Shown here: positions 59,633 to 64,000 of the stretch, piece after piece
Layout of the letters: every line of letters begins with the position of its first letter
How positions within the stretch are numbered: position 1 is the first letter of the stretch
Source: Vicugna vicugna
Taxonomy: Eukaryota
Assembly (NCBI GenBank): GCA_013265495.1
Contig: MU058781.1
Coordinates: 1,096,963 to 1,160,962 of the forward strand
Length of the DNA stretch: 64,000 nt
Direction of reading: 5' to 3'
Notes under the pieces: generated by a model
Databases searched by the model: none
What the model was told of the DNA's origin: nothing
What the model saw: the letters and a program-made list of their open reading frames with translations, nothing else
Translations under genes and position numbers: made by a program

Positions 59633-62371
59633 TTATAAATGAATAATAAATGCAAATATTTTTTAAAAATTGCCACGTTCTTCTAAGAATTAAAGGTGAG
59701 ACTCTGTGCAAAGAACTTAACTTAGTTCCTAAAACATCGTGAAGACTCGATGGATGCGAATTCTCACCACCAGCAGTGGTAGCAGCAGACCTGCAGCAGA
59801 GCAGGGGAGGGGTAGGTCCGGGCTTTGTGGGAGTGGGGCTTTGAGGGCTGCGGGTGCCTGGGGCCCACCATGTATTAAAGTTGTGGGACCCAGAGCAGAC
59901 CCCATGGGCTCAGGACATGTGGGACCTAGAGATCTCCTGATGGAGGTAATTCGGTGGCCGGAGAAGTCACCCAGCAGAGCATCTGGAGCGTCTCATCCCA
60001 CAAAGCATGGGTTCAGTGATTCACACGGTACCCTGAGAAGAATGGCAACGAGGACTGTGTGGAGTCTGGGTCAGGAGCGGCGGGGGGACCCACAGCGGGG
60101 TAAGAAACAAGGCACATAGTGAACCAGTGACGTGGGACAAGAGCTGACCGGAGCACCACTGCACTCTTACTACCATTTGGAAGGGTGGCCCCTTTCTTAG
60201 GCCAAAGAGCAAAAGCTGCTATGATACAAAGAACCCGAAGAGCCTGGAATTTGACGTTCAGGACTGAGTCCTGCAAGGATGGGAGGTGGCGCGCTATCTC
60301 ACCCTGCCCAGGCTGTCTCCGGCTTTCCCCACGGAGACCCCCTTAAAGTGGGCTCTTCCTCCTAAGAGGACTTGCAAAGCCTTCTCTAAACTGACAGTTC
60401 ATGATCTTAAAAAGCGGGATTTGGAAATGGCAACAGTGACCGCCACCATAATTAATGCCAGACGGCTTCAAAGATCTTCTTTCACCTACAAATGAAACTA
60501 ATTACTCGTCCTTTTGGCTGGGAGTCCCTCGCCGAGGCACGCGGGAGCAGCCGCAGCTGGGTCATCCCTGGCAGCTTCTCCTCAAAGCCCTTTCCGTGAA
60601 ATCTGTTTTGAATTCTATAGCCCACCCTCCCCCTCCCCACTACCTAAAAGAAATATTCAGGAAATAGAACCTAGTAAAATGATTTATAGCAGCCCGCAGT
60701 CTGGTGGGGAACATGCCGGGAGTGAGGCGATGGATTCCAGCCCCGCCCAGGCCGGGCCCAGGTGTAAACAAGGAGTTAAAAGAAGCAGGTAGGAACCACG
60801 GCTCACCATCAAAACTCGTAAGGCAAAGAACCAGAGAGAGAAGGAAGAGCGCTGATCTTTCAACATTTTATTTACAGAACACCTAAGGAAATGAGAGGAT
60901 TTTAAAGACTTAAAGGACTGGAATGGACCTTTGAGAACTTCTGTGTTCATCCAACATCATCGTTCAGTTCCTGTCCACGTCACCCTCCCCACCCGCGATT
61001 CAAAACAGCAAAACCAGAGGTGCGTGGTTCCCTGTATGCCAGGGAGACCAGGGGCCAGTCCCCCCGACTGCCGGTCTCATTCTCTTCTGACCACATGAAA
61101 AGTTTACGAGATGCAGATGAACTAAACCAGAGTAGTTCTTTCTCAGACACAGCGTACAGTGCCTGCTGCTTACCTGGCTTTTCAATTCTGAGCATCAAGG
61201 CAAGGATTATCAGTGTCGCTCATGCATTCACAATGCCTGAGGGGTTCTTTTAATGTGCAAATTTATAAAGACAAAAAAATTCCACGGAGGGAAAGACTAC
61301 GTTCACATCTGGAATACAGGCAGGTTACTAGGAAGTTAATAAACGATTATAAAGACTCCTTGACGGGCAGTGTGGTCGTGATTCTAACTAATACTCTTGC
61401 ATCCTAGGTAAGGTGCTGCTGAGGCCCTGAGAAGGGAGGAGTGTCAGGGAAAGAGCCCTAATTTTTCCTCATTCCTCCTCTTCCCTTCTCAGTTGCCTTT
61501 TTGTCTTCTGATGCACCGCTGTTTCCCGAAGCCTCCGTGAGCCCTGTCTGAATTCTCCCCTGCATCAGAACTGATGCACTGTCCTCAGATGATTTTCATT
61601 CATTGTAATTGTTCAAACATTCATTTTTAAAATATAGACTTAGGCACTTCGTTGAACTTCAGCTACCTCTATCTAATCTTAATATCTAGCGGCAGAATCA
61701 ATGCAACTGCTTGCAGATACGCCTGCAATATGATGTCTTCCGCGTTCCTTGCACATGGCTTTTATAAGCCTCCCTCGCTTTCAACAAGAAAACAATTATG
61801 AATTGAGTGGTGCCCATGAAAAGTCATCCTCTCTCCCTCAGAAACCTGTTTTGTTTGTTGGTGCCCTTCGGTTCACTATTAAAATTCTGCCGGCACGAGG
61901 CAGCCAGGTGGTGTCAGCTTTCTTGCTGGTGTCATCGCCTGGCGATTCAATCCTTGTGGTGTTCTATGTATTTATTTATGAAGGAGTGTCAGTGACCAGC
62001 TCCAAACGCCATTCCTTCAGACACCCAAGAGCAAAAATAGAATTGAAGAAGGGGAAGAAAATAAAGAGCAAGAAGAAGCGGAGAGAGAAAGAATGAGTAT
62101 TTACCTTCGGACAGGCGTTCTTCCAGCCTCCTGGAGTAGCCAATTCGCCCCCTCTGCTGAAGCCAAGGGCAGCAGAATAAAGAGCAGGACATAGACCAAA
62201 TGCGTGCTAGGGGAGAGAGAATGGCAATCTGAGAGGAGAGAAAGGCAGATTATTTATTAGGAAGGTGTCATCCCTTTAAAACAGATCAGGAATTTTGCCA
62301 AAAAACATGGGAGTGGGGCTTACCCCCAAGATTACGGTACCCTTCATCCAGTTTCCTAGCATCTTCTACAA

Positions 62372-62562
62372 GAGTGGTTCTTAAGGTTATGTGTGTATAA
62401 GAATCACCTGGGGAGTTGGCTAAATATTCAAATTTCAAAATATCACCCAGAGATGCTGATCCAATGAGTCTTCTATAAGGCTCAGGAATCTGAATTTTTA
62501 ATAAGCCCCCTAGGTCCTGATTCTGATCCAGGTAATCTCATGACTAGTTTTCAAAGTATGTT
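62372..62562. mobile_element. MER5B/MER5A-like
   Basis: GTGGTTCTTAA...AGAATCACCTGGGGAG...CCCAGAGATGCTGAT...GGCTCAGGAATCTGAATTTTTAATAAGCCCC...GATTCTGAT. Confidence 0.8.
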
Positions 62563-62639
62563 CTGCAGTAAAACTGCCCATTTCTGGAAAGGAAGGAAGG
62601 AAGTAAGAAAGGGAGGGTGAAATTATAGAAAACATATAC

Positions 62640-62940
62640 CACAGAAAACAGACTCACAGACATAGTAAACAATCTTATGATTACCAGGGAAAGAGGGTGG
62701 GAGGGGATAAATTTGGAAATTCGAGATTTACAAATGTTAGCCACTGTATATAAAAATAGATTTTTAAAAAGTTTCTTTTATATAGCACAGGGAACTATGT
62801 TTAATATTGTGTAATGACCTTTAATGGAAAAAAATGAAAGTGAATATATGTATGTATATGCATGACTGGGACATTGTGCTGTGCACCAGAGAAAGACACG
62901 TTGTAATTGATGGTACTTGAATTAAAAACAAAAACAAACA
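62640..62940 (+). mobile_element. Young 5'-truncated L1 (artiodactyl/camelid-type 3' UTR)
   Basis: CAGACTCACAGACATAG...TATAGCACAGGGAACTAT...GACACGTTGTAA...ATTAAAAAC tail. Imperfect TSD AAAACATATAC / AAAAGTATAC. Confidence 0.88.
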
Positions 62941-63830
62941 AAAAGTATACCTTGGTCTCTTCCCTCAGTTCCTAGCACAGAGCTCTTAATATCCTCATAA
63001 TTTCCTAAGTGGTAAGAACGTTAGGAACATCTTTTTCTGATATTTGGTCTTGGACCCTGGTTCCTGACACAGAGCTCCTAAATCCTGTGGAACTTCCTAG
63101 AAGTGTCCTTTGTTCTAATGAGTGTCTTTTGTTCTAATGAGGGAACCCTTGGCAGAGGTCTGGATAGTTTCAGGATGGGTACTGGTCACCAGGAAGACCA
63201 AAGCATGATTAGAAGCTAGGAATTTTCCACCCCACATCTCCATCCATCAGAAAGAGGACAGACACTGTAGACTGAGGTAACGATCAATTCCATCTACGTG
63301 TTGTAGACACCATAAAAATCCCTCAAGCACAAGGTTTGGAGAGCTTCCAGGTTGATGAGCATGTGGAGGTTCTCAGAGAGCGGTGTGGCTAGAGAGAGCG
63401 TAGAGGCTCCCAGCGCCCTCCCACTTAGCTTGCCCTGTGTGTGTCTCTTTATTTGGCTGTTTTGCTATATCCTGTATCATGCCCTTTATAATACACCAGT
63501 AAATGTAAGTGTTTTCCTGACTTCTGTGAGCAATTCTAGCAAATGACTGAACCCAGGACGAGGGGCATGGGAACCAGTCCATCAGAGCAGATGACAACCT
63601 GGGACTTGGATTTGGCATCTGAAGTGGGAACAGTCTTGTGGGACTGAGGCCATAACTTGGATCTGACGCTAACTCCAGGTAGACAGTGTCAGAACTGAAC
63701 TGATTATAGGACACCCAGCTGGTACCACAAGGAATTGCTTGGTGTGTGGAAAACCCAAACATCTGTTGTCAGAAATATTGTGAGCGTTAAGAGTAAAATG
63801 AGCACACGGGAGAAATGTGTTCTTCCCGGA
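62941..63830 (+). mobile_element. MER21-like ERVL LTR
   Basis: Repeated TTGGTCT...GTTCCT.RCACAGAGCTC.TAA unit; CATGATTAGA; GGAGAGCTTCCAGGTTGATGA; AGTAAATGTAAGTGTTTTCCTGA.TTCTGTGAGC; GGCATCTGAAGTGGG...GACAGTGTCAGAACTGAA. Confidence 0.8.
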
Positions 63831-63897
63831 TGGGGAGAAAGAGAGATGCAAGGAAAATGTTTCATTCTCTTTTTTCCCAAATCTGAAGTCCTTAAAT

Positions 63898-63902
63898 ACA
63901 TA

Positions 63903-63965
<63 letters not shown>
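63898..63965. repeat. (CA)n microsatellite
   Basis: Direct reading. Confidence 0.95.
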
Positions 63966-63969
<4 letters not shown>

Positions 63970-64000
63970 TAGTACCAAAATGTAATAAAAACTCAGGTAA

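Noticed and set aside
62140..62160. CTCF site (CAGCAGAGGGGGCG on minus); similar partial matches at ~32255 and ~39798
   Set aside because: The spacing or the conserved CC positions do not fit the core consensus.
1225..63964. ORF-track entries as protein-coding genes
   Set aside because: All are 168 aa or shorter, many start at non-ATG codons, and many overlap repeats or microsatellites. None resembles a cellular protein I recognise; the only homologies are L1 and hAT remnants.

Overview
This is AT-rich mammalian genomic DNA, most likely camelid. The evidence is three tRNA-derived SINEs of the GGGGAGGGTATAGCTCAGTGGTAGAG...GTCCTGGGTTCAATCCCCAGTACCTCC type (vic-1-like) and young artiodactyl-type L1 3' ends. 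I cannot support any intact protein-coding gene: the ORF track is chance ORFs plus decayed L1 and hAT-transposase fragments. The window therefore looks like a gene desert or a very large intron. It holds layered repeats (MIR, L2, CR1/L3, old L1M, MER5/20/33/45/91/103, a ~2.1 kb Charlie1-type hAT fossil, Tigger remnants, MaLR and MER21-like LTRs) between several repeat-free, motif-dense blocks that resemble developmental enhancers (~24.3-24.8, 32.3-33.25, 35.0-36.35, 48.65-49.1, 61.55-62.0 kb). The clearest structural oddities are: (i) a TSD-bounded retrocopy consisting only of an mRNA 3' UTR end (SP1-like from memory), with a SINE inserted exactly at its polyadenylation signal; (ii) two independent micro-L1 insertions with a ~35-nt core, truncated at the same position; (iii) a SINE-spacer-SINE stack inside an internally deleted L1; (iv) several minus-strand exon-like units that might belong to a spliced non-coding transcript. 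Repeat family names come from recalled consensus sequences, and boundaries are approximate unless TSDs are quoted. I found no convincing novel biological system.
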